Origin: Savitreella phatthalungensis
Taxonomy: Eukaryota
Length of the DNA stretch: 64,000 nucleotides
Reading direction: 5' to 3'
Assembly (NCBI GenBank): GCA_051599415.1
Contig: AP039698.1
Location: forward strand, 124,001 to 188,000
Shown: one piece after another, positions 21,075-32,075 of the stretch
How the letters are laid out: the number at the start of each line of letters is the position of its first letter
How positions within the stretch are numbered: the stretch's first letter is position 1
The notes under the pieces: model-generated
Database searches by the model: none
The model's input: the letters and a program-made list of their open reading frames with translations, nothing else
What the model was told of the DNA's origin: nothing
Position numbers and translations under genes: made by a program

Positions 21075-24000
21075 CTTGACAAGTCGCTCTCGCTGCGAGA
21101 AATGGGAGGGTCGCTAGAAGTATACGGAGAGGATTGCCTCGGGTTTCCGTCACCAGCAGTGAAAACTGTCAAACGTCTACCAGGCGCGTGGTTGGCCTGT
21201 GTGTAACGGATGTAGAGGCGTTCGGCTGACAAAAGCGCGTGTCGAAGATGGCTGGTACAATAGAGTGTCGCGCGAGTTCGTGCGAGTTTTGAAAGTCGAG
21301 TGCGTGGGGAGGCTTACTCGATTGCTGGAAGCAGCTGGCGCGTGTGTCACACCGGCGCGTGAAGGTAGGTATGTTGGTAATGGAGATGATGCGATGTGTT
21401 TGGTCGAGGAGGGGAAAGAGTACCACTATATAGCGACCATGGTGGGCGCGCGCCGAGAATTTGAGGTTTGTGTGTAGGTGGTCGTGGAGAGTACACGAAT
21501 GAGCAAGTGAGTCCGAGTAGCGCGACGTGAGACTTTCGTTCGCCGAGAGAGGTGTGTGTGTGCGCTGCGAGCACAAAGGCCGTGAGTACCTGGCGTTCGA
21601 AAACTAGATCGTCTTGTGAAGGGAGAAGGAGAGTTGTTGGAAGAGACGGGAAGTTGTCGATGCTACTAACAATAGAATCATTCAAGCCACCCGCGACACT
21701 GACTGGATGGTGGCGAGTGACTCAAGGGAAAGGAAACAAAGTAGTGTACGTGTGTGGATGCCAAGACTCCTGCACAGCCTCCACCGTGTAGTATGGAATT
21801 TCTGTCACTCTCGAGGTACGAACAGGTATAGGTGTATGTGTGTGAAAGTGAAGGTGAAAGTGACAGTGCCGGCCTGGATTGCGGAGCGGCCTATGGAAGG
21901 TAAGTGTAGAAGCGTCTGTGGACGAGATTGGAAGCTGAGTGTCGGACGACGTCAAACAGACGTTTAATCTGGACGATCACCACTCCGTCTCCCTGAACCA
22001 TTCAGACGCCGTACGTGCTAGCGAGACTCATTACTCTGCCAGTTTGCGGAGATAATAGAAGCTCCTAATGAACCGAGACGAGCATCTAGAAGGTCGATTC
22101 TATGCACAAGAGCAGGAGAGCGCAAGGATGGAGCCGAGAGGGGGAGGACGCGAGAGAAGGTTTGCAGACTTCTTGGCATGTGGCGGATATGGCTTGCGTA
22201 TCTGAGTCAGGTTGATAGAAGAATAGACGACATTCTGGACACATTCGGGGGAAATGAGAGGATTTAGTGGCGATTGTTCCATCATTTAGCCTGTCCAATA
22301 GCAATCGAAAGTAGATGCCGTATAGGTCGCAAAGCAGAAACCCATGGGATTATTTTGATCTCTTCACTGTTGGTCTGGCAATTCAACCGGGGTCTGACTC
22401 AGACACCGAATAGCAAACACCAGCAGAATAAGAGTGACTCAAAATTTGATGGCTTCGGGTAGATATCGAACCTGGGCAGATTGGGATGACAGACGCCGTC
22501 AACGACTAGATACAAATTACGTTTTGTCTGTAGTCAGACTGGATCTTCCCAAATCCCCAAAAATAGAGAGAAACTGTTGAGAATGATCAGCTCGAATTAG
22601 CATGTGACGTGCAATATTCAGCACCATTTAGATTATAGCTTCTGTGGAAGTCTTTTTGAGCTCGCTGGAAGAGCCTTTCTGAGCACGAATCAGATTCAGA
22701 CTGATCAAGTTGTCGGGCAGATCACTTTCGCAATACTCTCCTGAGCCGAGGGACATCACCCACGAACAGGCTAATTACCCAATCATGGTCAAGCTGATAG
22801 AGGACGGTGCCCCTCCTGTCAATGCAAGTCTTTAAATTCTCACACAGCACAGATAGGACAGACGGACGCGAGGGAGACTTGAAATGAAACGCCCCATGAA
22901 TTAAACTCTTCTTAGAATTTTCGGTGACCTCCTTCAATAGATTGTTGAGCATCCAGAGTGCTCGCCAACTTTTCATTTAACTGAAATTACTCATTTGTCA
23001 ATGACCACTGATGATGCTTCCACTTGTTGCTCGCTGGACTCGAGACCTTGCCCGGATGCATACCTGAGCTCTGCCAAGAACGAAGCTCTGATCGTTGCCT
23101 CTCCCAGGATAAAGTCCGAGATGATCATTCGCCAAATCCATCTGAAATCTGCATCTCCACCTGCATTCTCGCAGCCGTTCTTGCCCAATTGGAGTCCTGT
23201 CTTGTGAAACACGGGTCTGGGTCATGCATCCCCAGCACGATCGTTGGTGGGTGTAATGCTGCTGCTGCTTATTTTAGCAGATCCTCTACTCTACTGCCGC
23301 ATGAGGTATCTCCTGACCACGACGCCGAGGTCTAACAAGTATTCAGTTCGTCACTTTTCCTCGGTGTATTCGAGAGGACAAAATACGACTCGTCATCCAC
23401 TTTCTAGACGTCGATCAATCGCTTACCCACTGAGAGGCTGTTGTCATGGGCATGTCATGTGTGATGTGGTTCTTCCGCCAAACCCATTAGCGTTTGCAGT
23501 ACCGAGGAAGCGCCGTGTAGAATCCGATTTGAGCACCCGATACCCATGGATGCATAGGGAAGCGCAGTGGCCAGGTCGCCGTGCTTTTGCACAGAGGATT
23601 ATACGGCGCGGACCATTGTGCAAAACCCGTATGACAAAGCGATGTGATTCATGAGCGTGCACCAACATTTCCGAGCAATGGAGCACGTGCACGTGATCGA
23701 TCGAAGATCTTACTATCCGACCCGCTATCTCGGTTTGCAAGGAAGAATATCTCCGAGAAGGAGTCCGAACCACTATACTGGTCCGGGGATCTTGTCAAAG
23801 AGAAGCTTGGTGTGTCTGCTGTCTCAATTTTCTAACAGTCATTCCATTATTGACCGGCCACGTGTCTATGATCTTCAGGTAATTTGGCGGAAGTTCTTCA
23901 TGGCGGTTAGTACAGCTGCAGCATATGGATCGTGTCAAGGCTGAATCTGCATGCACGTGTCGTGCTAGTATCATGCATTCAGGATTCCATAGGACGATCG

Positions 24001-24218
24001 ATCACTGTTTGGAGGGCACGACGACGTGCACGTGCACAGAAATTTCAAGCTCCTATGTGGAGTAGCGGTGCAACGTGGCGCAAATGACCTTAGGACTTGC
24101 TCAAGCATAAGCCTTGTAGTCTTGCGGGTGTGCGCATCGAGAGCGCGAAGCAGTGCTGCGAGTCAGAACGAGCCGATAGATGCTAGCAAATTTGGATTCT
24201 CGGTGAGATGGGAACTTC

Positions 24219-25811
24219 TCAAGGAATTGCCTCTCCAGCTTCCTCAGCGATTTTTTGTGCGGCTTCCTGAGCAAGCTTGTACTTTTGATCTGCTGCTGCC
24301 TTCTGCTCTGCGAGTTTGTCTGCGGCTGCTTTCTCCTCTGCCGCTTTGGCTGCTGCTGCCTTGAGGGCTTTTACCTTTTCTTCCTTTGCCTTGGCTGCCT
24401 TCTCGGCAGCCACCTTTTCTGCCTTCTTCTGCTCCTCAGCTTTGCGCCACTGCTCGAGGGCTTCTCCTTCTAGGGCGATGCCGTTCGCGTCCAATGGAGT
24501 ATCCTTTCCGTAGAACTTGGGCTGGAGGCCTTTGCGAACTCGGAAGGCTTGTTCGACCCTGGAGGAGCAGTTGCCTTCGCGCTGATGCCCATTGACTCCG
24601 CAGCCTGCAAAGTGCATTGCCAATGTCTCGTTCGCGATGTAGTGGTTGAAGTCTGCGTTGATAGTCGTGCGTCGGACACGTGCGCATCGATCCTTGACCT
24701 CCTTGTGGCTCTTGATCAGGTGCGACAGGACCGCTTGCTCCTCGAACGGCGACTTGTGACCGGCCTCGACCAGCCACGGCACCTCCCACGTGTCGAACAG
24801 CCACTCCTGCCACTCGCCGCGGCGGACAAGGAAAGAGCCTGCGTTGAAGCCGTTCTCATCCTCGCTGTAGATCAAGTTGGTTTGGTTGTAATCAACTGGG
24901 GGCTTGCCGAGTTTGTCGTCCTCTGGCGGATACATGCCATCGTATCGCGTCCACCGCTCCAGCCCCTGCTGCGACATCAAGTATTCTTGCATGTCCACAT
25001 CGTCAAGCATGATGACGGCGTCCACGTCCAACCACCAAGCCCACTCCGCTCGAGGGTTCTGTGCTAAGGCTGCACGGAGGTGCGCGATCTTCGAATACAT
25101 GATTTCCCAGTGTTTGAGACCGGCATTGGTCATGTCCTGAGCGTAGAAGTCGTGGCTATTTCGGATGGACCATTGACGGCGGTCTTCGATGATCTCGTCC
25201 GCGGGCACGTAGCTCGCGTGGTCATGCGGGAGATCTGAGTACATGGTGCACATCACAACTCTCCCAGGCTCGACCGGTGGAGGTGCGCAAGGGACTGAGT
25301 TTACGTCGAAGACCTCGAGCTGTGCCTTGGTCATCTTCGGCAGCGTCCGAGTGCCTGGGAGGCCGGATGCTTGATCGACACAGTCGAGAACGTAGCTGGT
25401 CCGAACGCCAGCCAACTCGCGCAAGTAGTCAACAGAGTTGCTCTTGATGCGCTGCGCGGCCGCCTTGACGTCGTCGTACGTTGTGTTTGTCTTGTGTGCA
25501 CTGAAGGCAAGCGCAGCGATCATCAAGACCGCAGTCACGATGACAAGCATCAATCTGCGAGGCAGAAACATGCCAATTCGCCGAAATGCCGAGCTGCACG
25601 CGGTTCCGACCTCATTCAAGTAACGGGTCGAACGATTTTGCGGCTGCTGAAAAGCGTCGACCCCGTTTGTGTCACCGAAGGAGAACTCGCTGTCCGCAGA
25701 CGCGCGCTTGTCCTCGGGTTCATCGACGTCGAAGCCATCGTTGGCTATGTCTGTGGAGCGAGCTCGTAACGGGCGCTTCTCATCTTGGTCATCACTGCCT
25801 CGCGGAGACAT
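24219..25811 (-). CDS. Glycosyltransferase family 34 (Gma12/Mnn10-like galactosyl- or mannosyltransferase), type II Golgi membrane protein
   Basis: A single TM segment, WAWWLDVDAVI (DxD), GFNAGSFLVR, EEQAVL and HFAGC motifs. Confidence 0.88.
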   Translation of the reverse strand: MSPRGSDDQDEKRPLRARSTDIANDGFDVDEPEDKRASADSEFSFGDTNGVDAFQQPQNRSTRYLNEVGTACSSAFRRIGMFLPRRLMLVIVTAVLMIAALAFSAHKTNTTYDDVKAAAQRIKSNSVDYLRELAGVRTSYVLDCVDQASGLPGTRTLPKMTKAQLEVFDVNSVPCAPPPVEPGRVVMCTMYSDLPHDHASYVPADEIIEDRRQWSIRNSHDFYAQDMTNAGLKHWEIMYSKIAHLRAALAQNPRAEWAWWLDVDAVIMLDDVDMQEYLMSQQGLERWTRYDGMYPPEDDKLGKPPVDYNQTNLIYSEDENGFNAGSFLVRRGEWQEWLFDTWEVPWLVEAGHKSPFEEQAVLSHLIKSHKEVKDRCARVRRTTINADFNHYIANETLAMHFAGCGVNGHQREGNCSSRVEQAFRVRKGLQPKFYGKDTPLDANGIALEGEALEQWRKAEEQKKAEKVAAEKAAKAKEEKVKALKAAAAKAAEEKAAADKLAEQKAAADQKYKLAQEAAQKIAEEAGEAIP

Positions 25812-26908
25812 CGTGACCAACCGTGATGGTGAGCGTCACGAAAATTTCGTAGTTCTTAACAGCTCGATGCGCAAATGTCTAACGAGTCACAAAAAGGGGA
25901 CACTCGAGAAACGCGCGAGGTGCACGTAAAAAGTGAGTGTGTGAGTAAATGAGGAAGATCAAGAGACAGGAATTACGGTAGACGAGGTGTGATGTGAAGT
26001 TTGGGTTGTCTAGATTTGAAGTTTGGGTTTAGGTTTTGGGTCTACACAGTATGGGTAGTGGAAGTCATGGTACCCTAGAAGTGTAGATAGCCGTGGCTCT
26101 TGTTAGTAGGGACGAAAAAGGGGGGGGGGCCCAAACTTATTCTTTCTTAGAGGCCGCAAAGGGCAAAGGAACGGCATGAATGAAACCTGTGGCAAGTTGA
26201 ACTGCCGTGTATGAATGCGGATATTCAATTACACTGACCGGTATAGAGGCACTTTTGACGAAACACACATATGTATATCGCCTGACTGGAGTAGAGTCAT
26301 ACTAATTGAACGACCTCCTGCCGACGGCCCATCTGGCTCTGCGCTGGATACATCCACTTCTCCTGTGAAAGCAATTGGCCACCTTGGACTGTCTGCCGCT
26401 GAACCATTCGATCTGCCTGCCGCCCATCATGACCCGCCTTAAGCTCTCTTACGCGAGGATTCAAACTGCCATGGGTCAGTCAGCTTTGACTTGCTTGTCA
26501 TTTGCGTACTCTGACTTGATCGTACTTAGATTGGATTTCTGCAATGGCGTCCGGTTTAGTCTGGCCGAGGTTGAGGAGAATCACCATTCATGTAAACACA
26601 TGGTGGAACAATTTATTCTGGTTGCTTTCAGATATGTATTTATGCTGATCGGAGAGTCTGGACAATTGGCAACTGAGAAGCATGCAGAGTCAACATGATT
26701 CAATCGCCATATGGATTTATAGAACCAGCAAGGAATACTAGACTCCCGCTGTCCGATATCCTCGATCGTAATCCTCTGTGTGGGTATCAGCACGCACGTG
26801 GGATTACTCGTCCGACTGCCTGCGCACGTGCAGTGAGGAACATGGCACGTGAGCATATGACGGCATCCATATACAGATGACTGTCTGTTGCAGTGAGCGT
26901 CCGATGCG

Positions 26909-27496
26909 ATGCTCTGGATAGCTCGTCCTGCCCTCTCGAGTCTCCAAACTCAATATCCTCTACTCGCACGCCGATGGATCACGACCTCTAGCGACGAGGA
27001 CGATCTGATTCGATCGTTCATCGGTCGGTACGTCCAATCGTCCGCATCTGACGATGACGAATGCACGATTCCTCGGTCGCTCATGGAGATCACGTTCTCC
27101 AGAAGTAGTGGTCCTGGCGGTCAGCACGTCAATACGACCTCTAGCCGTGCCAGCGTGCGTGTGCGGAGGGAACGCTTGGTGGGGTGTGGTGTGCCCGTGA
27201 GGGTGGTGGATGATGGATTGCGGTCGAGGTTTGGTCACTTGGTGACGGGCGATGGCGATCTGCTGGTGCACGCGCAGACGTCTAGGTCCAGTCACGCGAA
27301 TCGGGAGATTGCGGTGGCGAGGATCCGGTCGGTTGTGTTGGAGGCTGCAAAGGGTTTGGTCGATGGGGTGACGGCGGATGAGACACGTGAACGTGTCAGG
27401 AAACTCGCAAAGCAGGACAACGAAAGGCGCCTGCAAGGGAAGAAGCATCGGAGTGCCAAGAAGCGGGAACGGCGTGGACGAATGGACGATTCATGA
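26909..27496 (+). CDS. PTH4: Mitochondrial codon-independent peptidyl-tRNA hydrolase (ICT1/ArfB/Pth4)
   Basis: FSRSSGPGGQHVN (GGQ motif), QTSRSSHANR, a basic C-terminal tail RLQGKKHRSAKKRERR and a presequence-like N-terminus. Confidence 0.88.
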   Translation: MLWIARPALSSLQTQYPLLARRWITTSSDEDDLIRSFIGRYVQSSASDDDECTIPRSLMEITFSRSSGPGGQHVNTTSSRASVRVRRERLVGCGVPVRVVDDGLRSRFGHLVTGDGDLLVHAQTSRSSHANREIAVARIRSVVLEAAKGLVDGVTADETRERVRKLAKQDNERRLQGKKHRSAKKRERRGRMDDS

Positions 27497-27526
27497 GTGT
27501 CGTTCGCTTGATTTGTTCTTTGCTAT

Positions 27527-29146
27527 CTATACGCCTACGAAGCGACCTTCAATCGACGCGGACTGGCTAAGCTGTTGGTGACGCGCGACAAGGGATTTCT
27601 CAGGACCGTCTAGAAGACAAGGCAACTCGAACCGCCAGCCTGGCGCGAGACCTATTAGTTGACGGGGCATCAGCGCTTCTGGAAACGCTGTTGCAGGGTC
27701 GTTCAGCTGGTGATGGTGGAGTGCCCGGAAGATGCCTGCGTGGGTGAGCGCTTGGAAACATACTTGCGACGCTGACAGTGCTACCGTGGACGGTCCGGAT
27801 TTGGGTACCTTGCCTGCGACCACGCGGCAGTATGCGCGCATTCGCTCTAGGGTCTCGGACTTCTCGGGTGCCGGGAAGCCGCGATGGAAGTCATACCACG
27901 CCATCAGGGCAACGCCCAGTCGATCACGCTCTTCTGGACTCACGCCAGTAGGATCTAGCACGCTTGCTGCACTACTGCCCGATCGAGCGAGGCGGCGGTG
28001 TAGGAAATACTGGCCGTAGACGCGCTGACGCGCTAGATATGGTTCGAGTCGATGCATTTGGACGCCTTGGATACGAGTGAGGGTGTCGAAGTCAGCGAGG
28101 TCTCGAAGGGCCTGCGGAAACTGCCATCTGACAGATCGCCAGGTCCGCGATGTCAGCAGCCAGAGCGTGTTGTCGAGCGGGTGGCGATAGATGATGCCTG
28201 CATGGGAGACGAGCGACCGAGATCGCTGTTGGATGTACTGCGATGTGGACGAGAGCCAGCCTCCTTCGAGAAGCAGATCGCCAGTGGCCGCGGTAGCATA
28301 GAAATCGGCCATTCTGGTCTTGAGCATTCGGCGATCGCTCGTGAGACCGACAGGGACACCTGTGGCTGCGCTCGCCTGCATGAAGATGGTGGCACGTGCG
28401 TTTGCGAGGGCGAGCTTGCGGTCTCGGGCGGACGATGTGTTCTTGGACCTCTTGACGCCGGGTACCTCCCGCTCGTCATCGTCGTCGCGAACAGGATAAC
28501 ATCTGATTTCCACAATGACCGGCAGATCATAGCAGAATCCATGGTGTTCGTGAACGACGGATGCGTGACCGACGTGCTTCGAGAAGACGACTGGTCGATG
28601 CGGGGTCGCGATGGCGAGTGCTCTCATTCGCTGACGATGGGCTTGCGTGAGACGGAGTTGGTCTAGCGACGAGTAGTGGTGCTTTGGGGCGAGTCGCCGG
28701 ATATGGCGCTGGGCAGCCTCTCGCACCAGACGCCGGTCCTCGGACAATTCCATCGGCATCGGTGGGCGAGGAGCGGCGTGAGATGCCTGCTGTCGAAGAC
28801 GCTGCTGGTGCGCGCGATTGGCAACGGCAACGACGAGGGCAAATCTGGTCACTGGCTCATCGGTAGAAGTGCCCGGTCGACGATGACCAAGGCCATACGC
28901 GGCAGCCAGCCGACTCGACTCGAGCTCGTTTTGACGTGATTGTCGAATTTGATCCAGCGTCGGCACAAACACTGGCTCTGTAACAACTTGTGCTCGACCA
29001 TGACCGTGTGCAATGAGCTGGCGCTCACGCTCGCTGCGTCGTGACAGAAGCTGAGCTGAGTGTCTGGTGACGAGCCCCGGGCGATGAGTGAGCCGATGGA
29101 CGTCAACGCTAGGCAGCATTGTGCTGAAGGTCTGCTGCTGCTCCAT
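27527..29146 (-). CDS. Hypothetical protein with a C-terminal permuted NlpC/P60 (papain-like, YiiX/YebB-type) domain
   Basis: Motif order TGDLLL..S..I....S..SHAGII..GVQ..RRL..G.P..SASQV..AL..AGIF..P is that of permuted NlpC/P60 domains. First ATG at 29146. Confidence 0.65.
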   Translation of the reverse strand: MEQQQTFSTMLPSVDVHRLTHRPGLVTRHSAQLLSRRSERERQLIAHGHGRAQVVTEPVFVPTLDQIRQSRQNELESSRLAAAYGLGHRRPGTSTDEPVTRFALVVAVANRAHQQRLRQQASHAAPRPPMPMELSEDRRLVREAAQRHIRRLAPKHHYSSLDQLRLTQAHRQRMRALAIATPHRPVVFSKHVGHASVVHEHHGFCYDLPVIVEIRCYPVRDDDDEREVPGVKRSKNTSSARDRKLALANARATIFMQASAATGVPVGLTSDRRMLKTRMADFYATAATGDLLLEGGWLSSTSQYIQQRSRSLVSHAGIIYRHPLDNTLWLLTSRTWRSVRWQFPQALRDLADFDTLTRIQGVQMHRLEPYLARQRVYGQYFLHRRLARSGSSAASVLDPTGVSPEERDRLGVALMAWYDFHRGFPAPEKSETLERMRAYCRVVAGKVPKSGPSTVALSASQVCFQALTHAGIFRALHHHQLNDPATAFPEALMPRQLIGLAPGWRFELPCLLDGPEKSLVARHQQLSQSASIEGRFVGV

Positions 29147-29414
29147 TGGATTGCGCCGGCTTTGCAATGACCTTTGTACTTGACTCTATGTGACGTTGTT
29201 GTCTCGAAGATAGAGAAAAGACTTCGTCATGGTATGACAACTGAGTGAGATAGCGGACGAATGGTGGGAAACGCAAGTCTGAGCTAGAGGGTCAGGACGC
29301 TGTGCAATCAGGTCGAGATTGAGGCCCGTGCGAGCGAGGCCAATGAAAGATGTGGAAATTTGTGAGAGGCGCAGAAACATGAAAGTCGAGACGATGTCGG
29401 CGACTCTCTGCGTT

Positions 29415-31028
29415 TCAACTAGGCAGAACGCCCGCTGTCAGAGCTTGCTGCGTGTGCTTCGAAGGAGTGATACGCGCCTGACGCATGGCTAGGAGCCAGG
29501 CATTGGCGGCGTCTCGATCGCCTTGCTGCAGACTGGCCTGGATGGAGCGTTCGAAGAAGCGGGCATCCGGAACGACGAGTTGTTTCCGCATGCGGTCGTA
29601 CATTTTGATGGCTAGTTCTGGTGCGCCGTGCTTTGTGAGACCGTCAACGACGATGGTGTACGTCACGATCGTTGGTCTCAATCCTCGATGTTGCATCTCT
29701 TCGAGCAGTTCGAGACTGCGGGTGACGAGGGAACGATGACGGACGAATGATGCGACAAAGATGCTCATGCTGTATGAGTCTCGATGTAGATCCGGCCGGA
29801 CTTCCAGCAGCCGTGTATAGCAATCATAGAGCCTCTCGACATCCACCGGTGAAGTTCGATGCAGCTTGACAAGGGTATCGATTAGGAGGCTGACAGCGAC
29901 GCCGTCTGGACATAATGCTTCTGGTGGCGCATTTGATTCGACGCCGAACATCCTGGGAAGTTCGCTGCCGAAGTAGGTACAAAATCGATCGATGACTTGT
30001 TCCGGCGGGGATGTGCGCTTGACGAGATGCAGCTCGTCCGTGGCTAGCTTCGCATTCCAGAGTCCGTGGAGACGACCTTCTTTAAGAAGCTCGAGCGCGC
30101 GCGGTATGTAATTGCGGTCGCACTTGAGAGCGTTGACGACGAGGCCAAGCGAGTGTTGATCTGGGATGACGCCTGCACGCTTCATACGCATGAAGGTTTG
30201 CAAGGTGGCCTGTGCTGGATCGAGTTGGAGGGAGCGGTGGGCGAGAAGGACGTTCCAGCTTTTGACATCGAGCGGGAAATCGTGCTTGAGCGCGAGGTTG
30301 ATGAGCGTTACGGCTAGACGGTGTCGCCGCTCCTCGTGCAACTTTCCGATGAGTCTGTGGAGCCAGGCTGGTTTAACTGAGCTTGTGAACTTGCCTCGAG
30401 CTTCCAATTGCTCGACGAACTCTGCCGCACGTACCAACAGGGATGCCGTGTCGGCACCTGCTGCTGCTGGTGCGTCCGTCTGAACAGCCACATCGCGCTT
30501 GCCAGGTGTGGCCGCAGCGGTTGCTTTGGTCTGTGTCCTGCGATTGTAAGCACGCTGTGCGCGCTGACGTGCTCGGAGGTTGTGCTGTCCGTGCATGTAG
30601 ACTAGTGAGTCGATGTACTCGTTTGCGACTGGTGCTGCTAGATCGACTAGATCGACGAGATCCCGAGAGGTTGAGCTTTCTATCAGGCGGACGACCGAGT
30701 CGTACTGACGCATACTGATGAACGCCTTCACCAGTGACTTGAAGACGTTGCCGCCGTCAGCAGCGACAGCTTCTGGCGCATGCCGACCGTGCTCGACTGC
30801 CGTATCGACGAGATCGATTGCTTTAAGCGGGTGGATCTTGTTCGCCCATGCACTCGCACAGAGTCCATCATAGAACAGCTGCGATGAAGAGACGTCGTTG
30901 TTGACGGTGCTAGCTGGCCTGCGACGTGGTGGCTGTGGAAGCTCCGGGCGGACAGAGCTTTTTGACGTCGAGGCCTGCCGACGAGCCAGATGCCTAGCTA
31001 GACCGGAGACACCGCCCGGACGGGACAT
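29415..31028 (-). CDS. Pentatricopeptide-repeat (PPR) protein, probably mitochondrial
   Basis: PPR repeats such as DVKSWNVLL..MKRAGVIPD and PTIVTYTIVVDGLTKHG..A.KMYDRM...VVPD. Arg/Ser-rich presequence. Confidence 0.85.
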   Translation of the reverse strand: MSRPGGVSGLARHLARRQASTSKSSVRPELPQPPRRRPASTVNNDVSSSQLFYDGLCASAWANKIHPLKAIDLVDTAVEHGRHAPEAVAADGGNVFKSLVKAFISMRQYDSVVRLIESSTSRDLVDLVDLAAPVANEYIDSLVYMHGQHNLRARQRAQRAYNRRTQTKATAAATPGKRDVAVQTDAPAAAGADTASLLVRAAEFVEQLEARGKFTSSVKPAWLHRLIGKLHEERRHRLAVTLINLALKHDFPLDVKSWNVLLAHRSLQLDPAQATLQTFMRMKRAGVIPDQHSLGLVVNALKCDRNYIPRALELLKEGRLHGLWNAKLATDELHLVKRTSPPEQVIDRFCTYFGSELPRMFGVESNAPPEALCPDGVAVSLLIDTLVKLHRTSPVDVERLYDCYTRLLEVRPDLHRDSYSMSIFVASFVRHRSLVTRSLELLEEMQHRGLRPTIVTYTIVVDGLTKHGAPELAIKMYDRMRKQLVVPDARFFERSIQASLQQGDRDAANAWLLAMRQARITPSKHTQQALTAGVLPS

Positions 31029-31321
31029 CGTGAGAAGATGTCTAGATGTGAGGAATCGTCACTGTCATGAATAGCATAACGCTAGAGATGAGGGACGAAA
31101 AGATAGCTGATAGTGTGCTTGTTGAACTTCTGGCTGTATTGTACTGGTGAACGGGTGTTGTCGGTGTGAAAGTGTCACCGTGCATTCGATCAATCACTTA
31201 ACTGAATACACGTGATCTTGTCTTGGATCACTCCGTGCAAATGCACGAGAAAGGAGCATACATAGACTGAGTCGAGCATCCGACAACCTACGCTCATCTC
31301 CTTGCTACAAGGTTGTAGAGA

Positions 31322-32023
31322 ATGAGAGTCTTGCTAGTGAATCCAAATACTAGCACGCACATCACATCTGGATTTGCAGAGAGCTTGCCTGTGTACGATG
31401 GTGTGGAAGTTGTCTGCTTGACTGCTGTTGATGGATGCAGGAGTATTGAGAGTAGCGTGACGAGTATTCGGTCTGCGCAGTCGGCTTACGAGACGCTGAC
31501 GTCTGTGCACGGTGACTGGTGTAGTGCGTTTGACGGCGTGCTCGTCTGCTGCTACTCACACCATCCGCTCGTCGATATGCTGAGGGAAGCTGATCGGGCG
31601 CCACCGGTCGTCGGGATCATGCAGGCGTCATTGTACGCCGGACTACAGGTCGGACGTAAGGTCGGTGTGGTGACGACGGCGAAGCGATGGGAGCCATTGC
31701 TCGAGCAAGGTGTGATGGCGCTTGGGATAATGGAAAGCCGGGTTGCCGTGAAGAGTACTGGACTTGGGGTGCTCGAGTTGCATGGACTGCCTGCTGATGA
31801 GGTGGCTAGGAAGGTAGGTGAGTGCGCCAAAGAGCTCGTGGATCAGGCAGGATGCGATGTCATCTCGCTTGGATGTGCTGGAATGACGGGTCTCGAGAAG
31901 GCTGTCCGGATGGCTGTCGGCGACAAAGTTCCAGTTCTCGACAGCGTCATCGTTGGGTACGAGACTTTGCTCGGCCTGATCCGCATGAAGTTGAAGACAA
32001 GCAAGGTCGGACTGTACGCATAG
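31322..32023 (+). CDS. DCG1: Asp/Glu/hydantoin (allantoin) racemase family protein Dcg1
   Basis: LVNPNTS, DGVLVCCYSHHPL and LGCAGM, covering both catalytic Cys motifs. Confidence 0.88.
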   Translation: MRVLLVNPNTSTHITSGFAESLPVYDGVEVVCLTAVDGCRSIESSVTSIRSAQSAYETLTSVHGDWCSAFDGVLVCCYSHHPLVDMLREADRAPPVVGIMQASLYAGLQVGRKVGVVTTAKRWEPLLEQGVMALGIMESRVAVKSTGLGVLELHGLPADEVARKVGECAKELVDQAGCDVISLGCAGMTGLEKAVRMAVGDKVPVLDSVIVGYETLLGLIRMKLKTSKVGLYA

Positions 32024-32075
32024 ATGGTCATTTTACGTGCTCCTGATCATGATTCGCCTACAAACATCACTGGAT

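Noticed and set aside
22450..22480. GGTTCGA on the minus strand suggesting a tRNA
   Set aside because: No T-stem pairing or cloverleaf could be built.
22722..23335. Short ORFs upstream of the Grainyhead gene as a possible transposon relic
   Set aside because: No transposase, RT or integrase motifs, and no terminal repeats were seen.
25996..26040. TTTGGG/TTAGG-like telomeric sequence
   Set aside because: Only 2-3 degenerate units with no tandem array.
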